Source: an uncultured Candidatus Saccharibacteria bacterium | GTDB lineage: Bacteria; Patescibacteriota; Minisyncoccia; UBA6257; HR35 | Direction: 5' to 3' | DNA length: 44,369 bases | NCBI GenBank assembly: GCA_964655375.1 | Contig: CAZZNB010000023.1 | Span: 1-44,369, forward strand | Shown here: one piece after another, positions 1 through 10,833 of the stretch | Layout: each line of letters starts with the position of its first letter | Position numbering within the stretch: the stretch's first letter is position 1 | Made by a program: the position numbers and the translations under genes | The notes under the pieces: generated by a model | Databases searched by the model: none | Told to the model about the DNA's origin: nothing | What the model saw: only the letters and a program-made list of their open reading frames with translations

Positions 1-100
1 TTTCTATAAATCCTGCTCTTATTAAAAGTTTTGCATTTCTTGATTCTTCATCAGCTGGCTCTTCTTTGTAAGTTTTATAAATCAATTCAGACTGCCTCAT
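1..100 (-). CDS. proS: Prolyl-tRNA synthetase, 5' fragment (runs off the window start; not in the ORF track)
   Basis: Minus strand from ATG at 100 reads MRQSELIYKTYKEEPADEESRNAKLLIRAGFIE, the typical N-terminus of bacterial-type ProRS. TAAAAT lies 8 nt upstream. Confidence 0.85.
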   Translation of the reverse strand, partial: MRQSELIYKTYKEEPADEESRNAKLLIRAGFIE

Positions 101-184
101 TTTAGATAATTTTAAAATAAAAAGCAAAATAAATAGCAAATATATTATTAGTTTTATTTATTTAGTAATAATTTAAATTTATTA

Positions 185-2338
185 CTAAGGAAGCGGAGCG
201 CATCCATATCCAGGGAAATATGGCCACTCATCTCCCGTAAAGTAACCTATCTCTACCACACATGATTTTCTTACTATTGATGGATTTGAAGGATCAGGAT
301 AGTACATACTGCTATAATCTCCTTTTACTTTTACCCCTTGTCCTATTTTGATGCAGCCTGGATTTCTTATGAAATCATCACCTCTAAACCAAAAATAATG
401 TTCAGCATCTATAGGCCAAAACATGGTTGGATCAATCCATAAATCTAAACTGGAATTATTAGTTTCAAAGGAAGCGCTAGGTGGGTAATGCTTTCTATCC
501 TGCAGAGACCACGTAGTACCGTATCGTGGTGGATTATCTGAAAGCCAGTAAATAGATGAAGTTACATGAGAAGGAACATTATTATTTATGTTGTTTCTAT
601 AATAATTAAACTCATTAATATAATCCCAGGGATAAGGACCTACATTAAATTTTATTCTTACACTCATCTTACAATAAGTACTCCAATGAACACCACTATT
701 TCTACTTTCATAACAAGGAACACCGAATTCAGCTGTTGGACTATAAACAAACGGGATGTTTTTATTAGTAAATGTTTTAGTATAATTTCTACTATTGGCA
801 CAATTTGTAAGATAAATATCAATTTGTTTAATAGAAATTGTTGGTGGTGGAGTAGGCTTTAAAATGAAACCTTGTGTTGAAGTAGCGTAAGAAGCATAAT
901 GACCACTGTGATAATTAGCATTTATACCTGCAGAAAAATATGAATATCTACCAATTGTTGGATACCACAACTCAATATTACTTGAAGTCGGAGGTAGTAT
1001 TATTTCTGTAGAGGTTACTACATCTCCATACCTACTATAAAAGTATAATTTATAATTTTTCAGATCATAAATCGAATCTGAAGGAGAATTAGGAATATGA
1101 CTAGGGGCTGGAGGAGTAAATTGAACATTCATTTTGAAATATCCGCTATTAATAAAAAGTGAAGGATTCCACTCTAAGCTCTTACAAAGTTTATCAACTT
1201 CATATTTGTTAACAACTTTATCTCTAAAGATTTTAGTAGAGTATTCACCTTCAGGCTTACCTACGAATAAAGGAGCATACTCATTAGCTGATTTTTTAAA
1301 ATGAATACCTTTATTTGTCGTATTAAATTTAAAAAATTTAAAAGGAGGGGGATCGAAAGCGAAATTAATACCCCTTCCAAAACACATTTTATCAACATAT
1401 TCTTTGGTGGCCGCCATTGCAGAGGGGGAACCTGATGTAGGAGATTGAACAAATATAGGCTTTAGAAGGCCTCTATTAGATCCAAATATGAAAAAGGAAT
1501 TAAGTATGTCTAAACTTTTAAACACAATAAATTTAGTATTTAAATTTTTAAGTTCATTTTCCAAGTCAATATTATCATAATAGACACCATATGAATCAGT
1601 TTTATGCGGATAACCTAATTTACTAAATAAATATTGAAAAGTTGCCGCCTGATTAGGACTACTATTAGAAGAGGGAGAAGAAGCTAAAACATAGGTAAGA
1701 TAATTCTTTGATTTTATTGTAAACACGAAATAACGATCGTATTTGCTATACTCATACATATCATAATACATATATTTAGCGAAAGGAGTATTTGTAGCAT
1801 ATCCTGTTGATTGAAAAGTTGCACACTCTCTATAATACATAGAGCTATCACAAAACATTCTATCATTCCCACTAATAGAGAGAAAGAAAATGGCATTATA
1901 TAATTCATTGTAGCAAGGTAGAATATTACGTGATTCATAGAGTTTGTCTGTATCTATATAAATTAAAGCATATTTATAATTAAAATATCTTTCGTTTAAT
2001 TTGCCGAAGAAATAAGCAACCTGATCTCTTGCAAGTCTACAATATAATTGGTTATTCTTATATAAAAATAATTCAAAAATATAATTATTATTTAAGTCTT
2101 TACTAACTGGATATAATTGGATGTTATAAGTTTCTCCACTTATTTCTAAAAATGGATAATTATGTTTAAACAACAATCCCCCTGATTGAGTAGTAAATTT
2201 AGTATAGTTATCCCCCTGCCCTAATGCTTTTTTTAATTTAATATCAATAGGATATATAGGGAGGATTATGATTAGTAATATGAGAAACAGAAAGTATAAT
2301 AATAGTTTAAATAAAGAAAATAAATTAATTTTATGCAT
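185..2338 (-). CDS. Exported/membrane-anchored surface protein, 717 aa, Tyr/Pro-rich, with fibre-like AATKxYVD-type motifs
   Basis: N-terminal hydrophobic helix followed by KKALG-Q; motifs AATFQYL, AATKEYVD and VVNKYEVD; several Cys. No enzyme motif recognised. Confidence 0.7.
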   Translation of the reverse strand: MHKINLFSLFKLLLYFLFLILLIIILPIYPIDIKLKKALGQGDNYTKFTTQSGGLLFKHNYPFLEISGETYNIQLYPVSKDLNNNYIFELFLYKNNQLYCRLARDQVAYFFGKLNERYFNYKYALIYIDTDKLYESRNILPCYNELYNAIFFLSISGNDRMFCDSSMYYRECATFQSTGYATNTPFAKYMYYDMYEYSKYDRYFVFTIKSKNYLTYVLASSPSSNSSPNQAATFQYLFSKLGYPHKTDSYGVYYDNIDLENELKNLNTKFIVFKSLDILNSFFIFGSNRGLLKPIFVQSPTSGSPSAMAATKEYVDKMCFGRGINFAFDPPPFKFFKFNTTNKGIHFKKSANEYAPLFVGKPEGEYSTKIFRDKVVNKYEVDKLCKSLEWNPSLFINSGYFKMNVQFTPPAPSHIPNSPSDSIYDLKNYKLYFYSRYGDVVTSTEIILPPTSSNIELWYPTIGRYSYFSAGINANYHSGHYASYATSTQGFILKPTPPPTISIKQIDIYLTNCANSRNYTKTFTNKNIPFVYSPTAEFGVPCYESRNSGVHWSTYCKMSVRIKFNVGPYPWDYINEFNYYRNNINNNVPSHVTSSIYWLSDNPPRYGTTWSLQDRKHYPPSASFETNNSSLDLWIDPTMFWPIDAEHYFWFRGDDFIRNPGCIKIGQGVKVKGDYSSMYYPDPSNPSIVRKSCVVEIGYFTGDEWPYFPGYGCAPLP

Positions 2339-2385
2339 ACTACTATTTAATTATTGATATTCATTATTTTTAATTTTAGCATAAT

Positions 2386-3018
2386 TTATTTTTTGTCAAT
2401 GTTAGTTGGTGGATTAATTTCTTTACTATATTCTATTATTTTATCTATTAAACCATATTCTTTTGCTTCTTCTGCTGTTAAATAAAAATCTCTATCTGTA
2501 TCTCTTTCTATTTTTTCTATTGGTTGTCCAGTATGTTTTGCCAAAATTTCATTAATTCTTGCTTTTATCTTAAGTATTTGTTTAGCTGTTATTTCGATTT
2601 CTGTAGCCTGACCAGCTGCTTCTCCCATAACTTGATGTAATAATATTTCTGAATTGGGCAAAGCCATTCTTTTTCCTTTTGTTCCTGCTGCAAGCAAAAT
2701 AGCAGCTGCTGAAGCTATCATTCCTAATCCTATAGTTACAACATCCGGTTTCACAAATTGCATTGTATCATAAATAGCCAATGCAGAAGTAACTACTCCC
2801 CCTGGTGAATTTATATATAGATAAATATCTTTTTCTGGATCTTCGTGCTCTAAAAATAAGAGTTGAGCAATTATAGAATTAGCAACAGCATCATTTATAG
2901 GTGTACCTAAAAAGATAATTCTATCTTTTAAAAGTCTTGAGTAAATATCATAAGCCCTTTCTCCATATTGAGTTTTTTCTATTACATAAGGTATTAATTG
3001 CATATATTTTTCTTCCAT
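2386..3018 (-). CDS. clpP: ATP-dependent Clp protease proteolytic subunit
   Basis: [22 protein letters not shown], catalytic Ser (IASAA), His (LLHQ) and Asp (DRD). Confidence 0.98.
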   Translation of the reverse strand: MEEKYMQLIPYVIEKTQYGERAYDIYSRLLKDRIIFLGTPINDAVANSIIAQLLFLEHEDPEKDIYLYINSPGGVVTSALAIYDTMQFVKPDVVTIGLGMIASAAAILLAAGTKGKRMALPNSEILLHQVMGEAAGQATEIEITAKQILKIKARINEILAKHTGQPIEKIERDTDRDFYLTAEEAKEYGLIDKIIEYSKEINPPTNIDKK

Positions 3019-3027
3019 TTTAAATTA

Positions 3028-3600
3028 TTATATCAAGTCTTTGTTTAAAATCCAAATGAAAAATAATAATATAAGAAATGTTCTTAAATAAATATTAAGG
3101 GGTAAAAAATAAAAAAGCCAGAAGGTTTCACAAACAAAAATACTTATAATAAATGCCGAAATAAAATTTTTATTAAAACCACTATAAACAATTAAAAGGA
3201 AAATTAAAAATAATAAAGTTACTATCCATAAGAAAGGATATCTATTTACAAAAAAACTAGAAATTAAAACTACAAAAATTAAAAATATAATCCAACCAAT
3301 TTTTTTGTTTTTTAAAAATATTAAATAATAGATGAACCAAAAGAATGTGAGTAAATAATTATTAAATTGGGAGAATGCAAAGAGAAAAAGAAGTGGTAAA
3401 GGATAAATTATTGTATGTACCAGAATTTCTAAGCCTCTCAAGTAATAATAGTTAACAAAAAGCAAAAATAAAAGAAAAAATGGATAAAAACGTGATGAAT
3501 TTAAAGATAAATAAAACAAGATTGTAAGTACTAATAGAGAAAAAATTAAAAAATAATTGTTATATATCCAAGTTTTTAACTTCTCGAGCATATGCTTCAA
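3028..3600 (-). CDS. Hypothetical polytopic membrane protein
   Basis: Very hydrophobic (F/L/I-rich) 190-aa ORF between gyrB and clpP, overlapping the gyrB 3' end. Exact start uncertain. Confidence 0.7.
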   Translation of the reverse strand: MKHMLEKLKTWIYNNYFLIFSLLVLTILFYLSLNSSRFYPFFLLFLLFVNYYYLRGLEILVHTIIYPLPLLFLFAFSQFNNYLLTFFWFIYYLIFLKNKKIGWIIFLIFVVLISSFFVNRYPFLWIVTLLFLIFLLIVYSGFNKNFISAFIISIFVCETFWLFYFLPLNIYLRTFLILLFFIWILNKDLI

Positions 3601-5467
3601 TGAATCTTTTTCTTGGTTCTACTTCTGTACCCATTAAAATTGTAAATAATTGATCTGCTTTTTCTGCATCTTTAATTGTCACTTTTTTAAGTACTCTTTT
3701 TTCAATGTTCATTGTAGTTTCCCATAATTCTTCTGGATTCATTTCTCCTAACCCTTTATATCTTTGAACATCTATATTTTTCTTTTTTTCTTTCTCTAAC
3801 TTTTTTATAATTTCATCTTTCTCTTCGTCTGAATATGCATAATAAATTTCTTTCCCTGCTTGTATTTTATATAGAGGTGGTTGAGCAATATAAACATATC
3901 CTTTTTCAATTAATGGTCTAAAGAATCTATAAAATAAAGTTAAAAGTAATGTTCTAATATGAGAACCATCTGTATCTGCATCAGTAGCAATAATTATTTT
4001 TGAGTATCTTAAGTTATCCAAGTTAAAATCTTTACCAATACCAGTGCCTAGAGCAACAACAAGATCTCTAATTTCTTTAGATTTTAAAATTTTAGACAAA
4101 TTAGCTTTTTCAACATTTAAAATTTTACCTCTCAAAGGCAAAACAGCTTGGTAAACTCTATCTCTGCCCTGCTTAGCACTACCCCCAGCACTATCTCCTT
4201 CTACAATAAAAAGTTCTCTTTTAGAAAAATCTTTGCTTGAGCAATCTGCTAATTTACCGGATAAAGCCAAAGAGACAGATAATCTTTTTTTAAATATATT
4301 CTCTCTCGCTGTTTTTTCTGCCTCTCTAGCTTCTAAATTAACTACTAATCTTTGTAAAATATTTTTTGCTTCATCTGGATTCTTGCCAAAATATTCTTTC
4401 AAAAAATTAAAAGTTTTACTTTCAACAAAGCTTCTTGCTTCAGGATTACCTAATTTTGATTTTGTTTGACCTTCAAACTGTGGTTCTGGGATTTTTAAAG
4501 AGATAATAGCATACAATCCGCCTCTTATATCCTCTGTTATTAAATTTTTGTTGTTTTTTAAAATATTAAATTCTTTACTCAAATCATTAAATATTCTAAC
4601 CAGTCCGTTTCTGAAACCTACAAGATGAGTACCGCCTTCAGGATTTAAAATGTTATTAGTAAAAGCTAATTCTTTAGTTTCTTCATTTTCGACATAATTA
4701 AAAACAAACTCATATTCTTTATCATCTTCTGAGATTTTTCCATAAATATGATAAGGATTTACAAGTTTTTTATTTTTTATAAGATGGCCTAAAAAACTAA
4801 TTAATCCTCCTTCAAAACAAAAACCATAAGCGAAAATCTCTTCTTCTCTCTCATCATAAAAACTTATCTTAAGACCTGGTGTTAAATATGCTTGATGCCT
4901 TAAATATTCTAAAATAAGATCACGGTCAAATTCTATCTCTGCAAAAATTTTAGGATCTGGCTCAAATATAATAGTTGTTCCTGTTTTTTTAGAAGGCCTA
5001 ACTTTTTTTAAGGGAGTTTTCGGTATCCCCCTTTCATATTCTTGTGACCATTCAAAACCATCTCTGTGAACAATAGCTTTTAAATATTTAGACAGAGCAT
5101 TAACAACAGAAAGCCCCACTCCATGTAGTCCTCCAGAAACTTTATATACTTTTTGACTAAATTTCCCTCCAGCATGAAGATAAGTAAGAACAGTTTCTAA
5201 GGCAGATTTTTTTGTTTTAGGATGAATATCAATAGGAATACCACGCCCATCATCTGAAATGGCCACTTTATTATTTTTAAGTAATCTTACTTCTATGTTT
5301 TTTGCATACCCAGCTAAAGCTTCATCTACTGCATTATTAATTATTTCCCATATTAAATGGTGTATACCTTCTTTTCCGGTTCCACCAATATACATTCCAG
5401 GTCTTTTTCTTACAGCTTCTATACCTTCTAAGACTTGAATATGTTCTGCCTTATATTCTGTACTCAT
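3560..5467 (-). CDS. gyrB: DNA gyrase subunit B
   Basis: EAVRKRPGMYIG, NAVDE, GGLHGVG, TOPRIM VEGDSAGG, DADTDG, QRYKGLGEMNPEELWETTM. Confidence 0.98.
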   Translation of the reverse strand: MSTEYKAEHIQVLEGIEAVRKRPGMYIGGTGKEGIHHLIWEIINNAVDEALAGYAKNIEVRLLKNNKVAISDDGRGIPIDIHPKTKKSALETVLTYLHAGGKFSQKVYKVSGGLHGVGLSVVNALSKYLKAIVHRDGFEWSQEYERGIPKTPLKKVRPSKKTGTTIIFEPDPKIFAEIEFDRDLILEYLRHQAYLTPGLKISFYDEREEEIFAYGFCFEGGLISFLGHLIKNKKLVNPYHIYGKISEDDKEYEFVFNYVENEETKELAFTNNILNPEGGTHLVGFRNGLVRIFNDLSKEFNILKNNKNLITEDIRGGLYAIISLKIPEPQFEGQTKSKLGNPEARSFVESKTFNFLKEYFGKNPDEAKNILQRLVVNLEAREAEKTARENIFKKRLSVSLALSGKLADCSSKDFSKRELFIVEGDSAGGSAKQGRDRVYQAVLPLRGKILNVEKANLSKILKSKEIRDLVVALGTGIGKDFNLDNLRYSKIIIATDADTDGSHIRTLLLTLFYRFFRPLIEKGYVYIAQPPLYKIQAGKEIYYAYSDEEKDEIIKKLEKEKKKNIDVQRYKGLGEMNPEELWETTMNIEKRVLKKVTIKDAEKADQLFTILMGTEVEPRKRFIEAYAREVKNLDI

Positions 5468-5470
5468 TTT

Positions 5471-5809
5471 TTAATTTGTTAATCTAATATCTAAAATTTT
5501 ATCCAAACTCCAGCCTGGCCCTGAAGAAATTAATATTATAAAATAAGCTATTAAAGGTAATTTTTCTAATTGAACTTGTTTTTTAACTATACTTCTAGTA
5601 AAATTTGCCATTTCAAAAAACAATAAAATTATAGCTGAAATAGAAGTAAAAAGCCCTAGAGCTAAAGAAGTTGCTAATATAAAAATGAGAGCACTTTTTA
5701 TTTTGTCTAAAGGATAAATTTTATAAGAAAGGTTAAAATAAATAAATGAAATTATTAAACGAGAAAAGAATATTAAATAATCTCCTAAAATCCAAATAAG
5801 CTGTATCAT
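5471..5809 (-). CDS. DoxX-family membrane protein
   Basis: Hydrophobic helices with an early Arg and the C-terminal GPGxxSLD signature (SGPGWSLD). Confidence 0.8.
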   Translation of the reverse strand: MIQLIWILGDYLIFFSRLIISFIYFNLSYKIYPLDKIKSALIFILATSLALGLFTSISAIILLFFEMANFTRSIVKKQVQLEKLPLIAYFIILISSGPGWSLDKILDIRLTN

Positions 5810-6833
5810 GAAAGAAAAAATATATTTTAATGCAATAAATATACTTTATAAACCTTATCAGCTTTCTATATTTAAATTATATCAAAAATTAGGTAGTTTT
5901 GAAAGTGTATTTAACGAATTAAAAATTAAAAATAAATTAGATATTGAAAAAGAATACAAAAAAGTTGAGGATTTAAATATTAAAATAATTACCTATAATG
6001 AGAAAGAGTATCCTATAAAACTAAAAAATATTGATGAGCCACCTTTAGGATTTTATATTTTAGGAAATAAAGATTTATTAAATAATGATAATTTATTCAT
6101 AGCTATTGTAGGAACAAGAAAAGCAACAAATTATGGTTTGAATATATCACAAAAATTTTCAAAAGAATTGGCTAGTTTGGGAATAATTATAGTAAGTGGA
6201 TTAGCTTTTGGCATAGATGAATATGCCCATAAAGGAGCGGTTGAGATTAATGGTAAAACTATTGGAGTTGTAGGAGAAGGTATCGACATAGTATTAAGGT
6301 CTACTAAAAGAAAATTAGTAGAAAAAATATTAGAAAATGGAGGAGCGATTATTTCTGAATATTCTTTATCAACTCCAGCAATGCCTTATCATTTTCCATT
6401 AAGAAACAGAATAATTGCTGGCTTAAGCGATGGTATTACAGTTATAGAAGCTCCGATAGATTCAGGTGCGTTAATCACAGCTAATTATGGATTAAAATAC
6501 GGCAAAGAAATATTTGTTGTTCCAGGAGAAATAACAAATAAAAATTACCAAGGTAGTCATAATTTAATTAAACAAGGAGCAAAACTTATAACAGAAATAG
6601 AAGATATTTTAGTAGAATTTAACTTTGATGTTGATTTAAGAAATAAAATAAAAAAACTAAAACTTTCCCCTAAAGAGGAAATTATTTTTGAAATTTTAGA
6701 AAAAGGTGAAAAAACTATTGAAGAATTAAAAGCAGAAACAAATATACCTATTCAAGAGCTTTTAGTTGTTTTAACAAATATGGAAGTAAAAGGATTAATT
6801 AAAAATAAAGGAGGGAAATTTTTTCTAGCTTAG
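5808..6833 (+). CDS. dprA: DNA-processing protein DprA
   Basis: AIVGTR, VSGLAFGID, FPLRNRIIAGLS, SGALITA, GSHNLIKQGA and a C-terminal winged helix. Confidence 0.97.
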   Translation: MKEKIYFNAINILYKPYQLSIFKLYQKLGSFESVFNELKIKNKLDIEKEYKKVEDLNIKIITYNEKEYPIKLKNIDEPPLGFYILGNKDLLNNDNLFIAIVGTRKATNYGLNISQKFSKELASLGIIIVSGLAFGIDEYAHKGAVEINGKTIGVVGEGIDIVLRSTKRKLVEKILENGGAIISEYSLSTPAMPYHFPLRNRIIAGLSDGITVIEAPIDSGALITANYGLKYGKEIFVVPGEITNKNYQGSHNLIKQGAKLITEIEDILVEFNFDVDLRNKIKKLKLSPKEEIIFEILEKGEKTIEELKAETNIPIQELLVVLTNMEVKGLIKNKGGKFFLA

Positions 6834-9800
6834 TAAATATATAAAGAAATAGTTCCCATATTTTCGTAAGTAAATTCTCTTACTATTTTGAATTTTGTAG
6901 GTTTTGTATATTTTACAGAAATTAAATTACATTCTTTAATGATTTTATCCAAATTTCCTCTTACAATAGATTTTATATTTTTAGAAGCAACAATAGCTAA
7001 ATTAACTTTTTTACTTGGTATTAATTCTAAATCTTGTCTTAAATCTTGAATATTTCTTATAAGATCATTAACAATACCCTCTTCTTTAAGTTCTGGTGTA
7101 ATTACTGGATTTAGCCATATATAAATAGGTTCATCAGTGAATAAATAATTTTCTTTATTTTTAGGCTCTCCTATTATAACTTTTTTGACATTTATTTCAT
7201 CTTTAATAATATCTAAATAATCTTCTTCAATTTTCTCCCCAAGATAAACTTCGCTTAATGGCTGTCTTACTTTTATCTTAGCAGATTTTCTTAAAGCTAA
7301 AATTGCTGAAGTTATATTTTTTATTTTCTTCATTTCTTCTAGTATTTGTTTTTCTTTTGTAGAAATTGGTTTTGGCAAAGTTAATTCTTCTAAATGAACG
7401 CTTAGTTTAGTTTTGAATCTGCTTTGAACTTCGTCTTTTAATTCTTGGTACAAAAATTCACTAAAGAAAGGAGTAAGAGGAGCTGAGATAATAGCAATTT
7501 TATATAAATACTCTTCAAGTTTTAATAAAGCTTCGATTTTTTCTTTTTCATTTTTAGGCCTTTGAAATCTTTTCCTGCTTCTTCTAAGCCACCAACGAGA
7601 TAGATCTTGAATTAAATTCACCAATTCTCTTGATGCTTTTGTTGGATTAAAATTATATAAATTTTCATAAAATATCGAATACATTTCTTTTATTCTAATA
7701 TCAAACCATTTATCTAAAAGATTATTAGAGCTTAAATTTTTGTATTTATTTTTGTTCCTATCATAGTACATTCTATAAAAGTTATATATATTCAAAATAA
7801 GATCAAAATAATTCCTTTTAAGATTTATAAGTTCTTCCTCATTAAACTTCTTATTATCAGCAGATTCGCTTATGTATACAAAATACAATCTTAAAAGATC
7901 CGCTCCGTATTTTTCAATGATTTCTAGGGGATCAATAACATTTCCTAAAGATTTAGACATTTTTTTCCCTTCTTTATCTAAAACTAACCCTGTCACTACA
8001 ACATTTTTGTAAGTTTCCATCTTTTTTATTAAGTATCCAATAACCAACAAAGTATAGAACCATCCTCTAGTTTGATCAACCCCTTCAGCAATAAAATCAA
8101 TAGGGAACAAAATTCCTTCATCTATTTCTTTTTTATTTTCAAAAGGATAGTGTTTTGATGCAAAAGGTGCAGCTCCTGAGTCAAACCATATATCTATTAC
8201 ATCTTCAATCCTTTCTTTTTCGCCCCCACATTTACATCCCCATTTAAACCTATCTACAAAAGGACGATGGACATCAATTTCTCCCTCTTCATTTCTAGGT
8301 AAGACCAAATAATCAATTTCTTTTAATTCTCCAGGAGAAAGACTAAAATCTTCTCTTTCTGCAGTTTGTTTGCGTGAAAGAGCTTGCATTTCTCCAAATA
8401 AAGCCCATAATGGATCTTGGTGAGAAATTATTAAAATCGTTTTACCTTCATATTTCTTTTCTAATTCAAGAATTACTTTTATCATCCTTTTTCTAACTTC
8501 ATCTAAGCTTTCGCCACCCTCAGGTTTTTTGAAATATTGATCGTACTGATCTTTATACAATTTATCATATTCTTTAATTGATTTTCCATTTAAAACCCCG
8601 AAGTCAATTTCTCTTAGATTAAAATCTACATAAACAGGTAAATGAAGGTATTCTTTAATAATATTAGCAGTTTGTCTTGCTCTTAAAAGAGGGGAAGTAA
8701 TTATAAAATCAATATTTAATTTCTGAAGAGTAGGTATAAGATTTTTAATTTGTTTAATACCTTTTTCTGTTAAAGGATTAAAGAAAGTTTCAGGATAAGA
8801 AGAAAGTAGATTTTTTATATTACTCACAGCTTCCCCATGCCTTAAAAATAAATATTTATTATTTGATCTAAAATGTTTAGCTAATTCTTGAAAACTTCCA
8901 ATGATTTCTAAAGATCCACATTTATTACATCTCCATATAGGTAAAGGAATGCCCCACATTCTTGTTCGTGAAAGATTCCAGTCTTTACCTTCTTTTAACC
9001 ATTCATAGAATCTTCCTCTTCCTATTTCTGGAGGATGCCAGTTTATTCTCTTATTTATATTAACTAATTTGTCTTTAAATTTAGAAACTTTAATCACCCA
9101 ATTTTTAGTAGAATAGTATATTAATGGAGTTTTACAACGCCAACAATGAGGATATTCGTGCTGATAACCTTCTAAATTAGCGTATAAAATTAGATTTCTA
9201 TTTTGTAAATCATCTATAATAAACGGATCTGCTTCTTTAAAGAATAAATGATTGATCTTGCTACTAATAAAAGCAGGTTCATCAAAATTAAATCTACCTG
9301 TCTCATCAATAGGATTTATTAATGGTAAATTATATTTTTTGCTTAACTCAAAATCTTCTTCACCAAATGCAGGAGCTATATGCACTATTCCCGTTCCTTC
9401 TTCTTCTTTTACAAAGTCGGCAGGGTAAACTTTATAAGCGTTTTCATAATTTTCAATATTAACAAATTCATAAAGTGGAGTGTATTCTATTCCAATTAAT
9501 TTTTCTCCTTTTATTATTTTAATGACATTCCCTTGGTAATTTGATGGCAATCTTAAACTAATTATTATTTCACCATTTAATTCATAAACCTTGTATTCAA
9601 ATTCAGGATGGATTACTAAAGCTGTGTTAGAAATTAAAGTCCAAGGAGTTGTTGTCCATACTAAAAGATAAACTTCTTTGTTTTCAAACTCTTTTAAGTC
9701 TTCGTTTAATTTCTTAATTTTAAATTTTACATAAACATCTGGATCTAAAACAGTTTTATAAGCATCTACTTGTCCTACTTCAGCTTGAGAAAGCACTGTT

Positions 9801-10348
9801 TCACATCTAGGGCAATAAGGAAAAACTTTATATTCTTCCTTTAATAAACCTAGTTCATAAATTTTTTTAATTATCCACCAGCAACTTTCCATATAAAAAG
9901 GATCATAAGTGATATAAGCATTTTGATGGTCAATCCAAAAACCCATTCTTTCGTCTACATATTCCCAAATATCTTTAAACTTCATTACAAGCTCTTTACA
10001 TTTCTTATTAAAATTTTCTATTCCTAATTGAAAAATTTCTTTTTTATCTTTGATACCTAAAAACTTTTCAGTAGCAACTTCTATAGGTAATCCGTGCGTA
10101 TCCCAACCTGCTTTTCTCTCAGCATATTCACCAATCATTGTTCTAAATCTTAAAATAACATCTTTATAAACTCTTGTTAGAAAATGTCCTATATGAGGTT
10201 TATCATTTGCATACGGAGGACCTTCGAGAAAAACAAATCTTTTATTATTTTTATTTTTTTCTAAGCTTTTTTCAAATATATTATTTGCCTTCCAAAAATT
10301 TATTATTTTTTTTTCTATATTTATCAAGAAATCTTTATTTATTTGCAT
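6830..10348 (-). CDS. ileS: Isoleucyl-tRNA synthetase (type 2-like) with inserted histidine-phosphatase domain
   Basis: [50 protein letters not shown]. Insert carries [21 protein letters not shown] and SHQ. Confidence 0.96.
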   Translation of the reverse strand: MQINKDFLINIEKKIINFWKANNIFEKSLEKNKNNKRFVFLEGPPYANDKPHIGHFLTRVYKDVILRFRTMIGEYAERKAGWDTHGLPIEVATEKFLGIKDKKEIFQLGIENFNKKCKELVMKFKDIWEYVDERMGFWIDHQNAYITYDPFYMESCWWIIKKIYELGLLKEEYKVFPYCPRCETVLSQAEVGQVDAYKTVLDPDVYVKFKIKKLNEDLKEFENKEVYLLVWTTTPWTLISNTALVIHPEFEYKVYELNGEIIISLRLPSNYQGNVIKIIKGEKLIGIEYTPLYEFVNIENYENAYKVYPADFVKEEEGTGIVHIAPAFGEEDFELSKKYNLPLINPIDETGRFNFDEPAFISSKINHLFFKEADPFIIDDLQNRNLILYANLEGYQHEYPHCWRCKTPLIYYSTKNWVIKVSKFKDKLVNINKRINWHPPEIGRGRFYEWLKEGKDWNLSRTRMWGIPLPIWRCNKCGSLEIIGSFQELAKHFRSNNKYLFLRHGEAVSNIKNLLSSYPETFFNPLTEKGIKQIKNLIPTLQKLNIDFIITSPLLRARQTANIIKEYLHLPVYVDFNLREIDFGVLNGKSIKEYDKLYKDQYDQYFKKPEGGESLDEVRKRMIKVILELEKKYEGKTILIISHQDPLWALFGEMQALSRKQTAEREDFSLSPGELKEIDYLVLPRNEEGEIDVHRPFVDRFKWGCKCGGEKERIEDVIDIWFDSGAAPFASKHYPFENKKEIDEGILFPIDFIAEGVDQTRGWFYTLLVIGYLIKKMETYKNVVVTGLVLDKEGKKMSKSLGNVIDPLEIIEKYGADLLRLYFVYISESADNKKFNEEELINLKRNYFDLILNIYNFYRMYYDRNKNKYKNLSSNNLLDKWFDIRIKEMYSIFYENLYNFNPTKASRELVNLIQDLSRWWLRRSRKRFQRPKNEKEKIEALLKLEEYLYKIAIISAPLTPFFSEFLYQELKDEVQSRFKTKLSVHLEELTLPKPISTKEKQILEEMKKIKNITSAILALRKSAKIKVRQPLSEVYLGEKIEEDYLDIIKDEINVKKVIIGEPKNKENYLFTDEPIYIWLNPVITPELKEEGIVNDLIRNIQDLRQDLELIPSKKVNLAIVASKNIKSIVRGNLDKIIKECNLISVKYTKPTKFKIVREFTYENMGTISLYIY

Positions 10349-10829
10349 TTTTGTAATTTTCTATAGCTTTATTAATTAACTCTTCTGCCTTTTCTTTACC
10401 TAACCAATTTTTTATTTTTACCCATTTCCCTGGCTCTAAGGTTTTATAGTTTTCAAAAAAATGTTTTATTTGATCTTTATAAATTTGAGGAAGATCTTTA
10501 ATATCTCCATAATGAGCCCAAAAGGGATCAATTTTTTTAAGTGGAACAGCTATTATTTTTTCATCTTTTCCTGCTTCATCTTCCATTTCTAAAACTCCTA
10601 TAGGTGTAACTTTTATTAAACTTCCAGGTAGAATAGAAGCATAAGAAAGAACAACTACATCTACAGGGTCTCCATCGTCTGCTAATGTCTCTGGGATAAA
10701 GCCGTAATTAAAAGGGAAAACCATAGAGGTATATAAAAATCTATCCACCCTTATTAGATTTTTTTCTTTATCTAGTTCATATTTTACATTACTATTTTTA
10801 GAAATTTCTACTAAAACATCTATTTCCAT
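10335..10829 (-). CDS. ppa: Inorganic pyrophosphatase (family I)
   Basis: [33 protein letters not shown]. Confidence 0.97.
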   Translation of the reverse strand: MEIDVLVEISKNSNVKYELDKEKNLIRVDRFLYTSMVFPFNYGFIPETLADDGDPVDVVVLSYASILPGSLIKVTPIGVLEMEDEAGKDEKIIAVPLKKIDPFWAHYGDIKDLPQIYKDQIKHFFENYKTLEPGKWVKIKNWLGKEKAEELINKAIENYKNANK

Positions 10830-10833
10830 TTAA

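Noticed and set aside
162-188. 10-bp inverted repeat TTAGTAATAA / TTATTACTAA over the stop of the 717-aa gene
   Set aside because: Nearly all A/T, and no U-tract follows on the coding strand; too weak to call a terminator.
185-900. Tyr/Asn/aromatic-rich C-terminus as a possible diversity-generating retroelement target
   Set aside because: No template repeat differing at adenines and no reverse transcriptase in the window.
566-1938. Short ORFs 566-862 (+), 1261-1452 (-) and 1714-1938 (-)
   Set aside because: They lie entirely within the 717-aa gene, on the opposite strand or another frame, with no recognisable motif: shadow ORFs.
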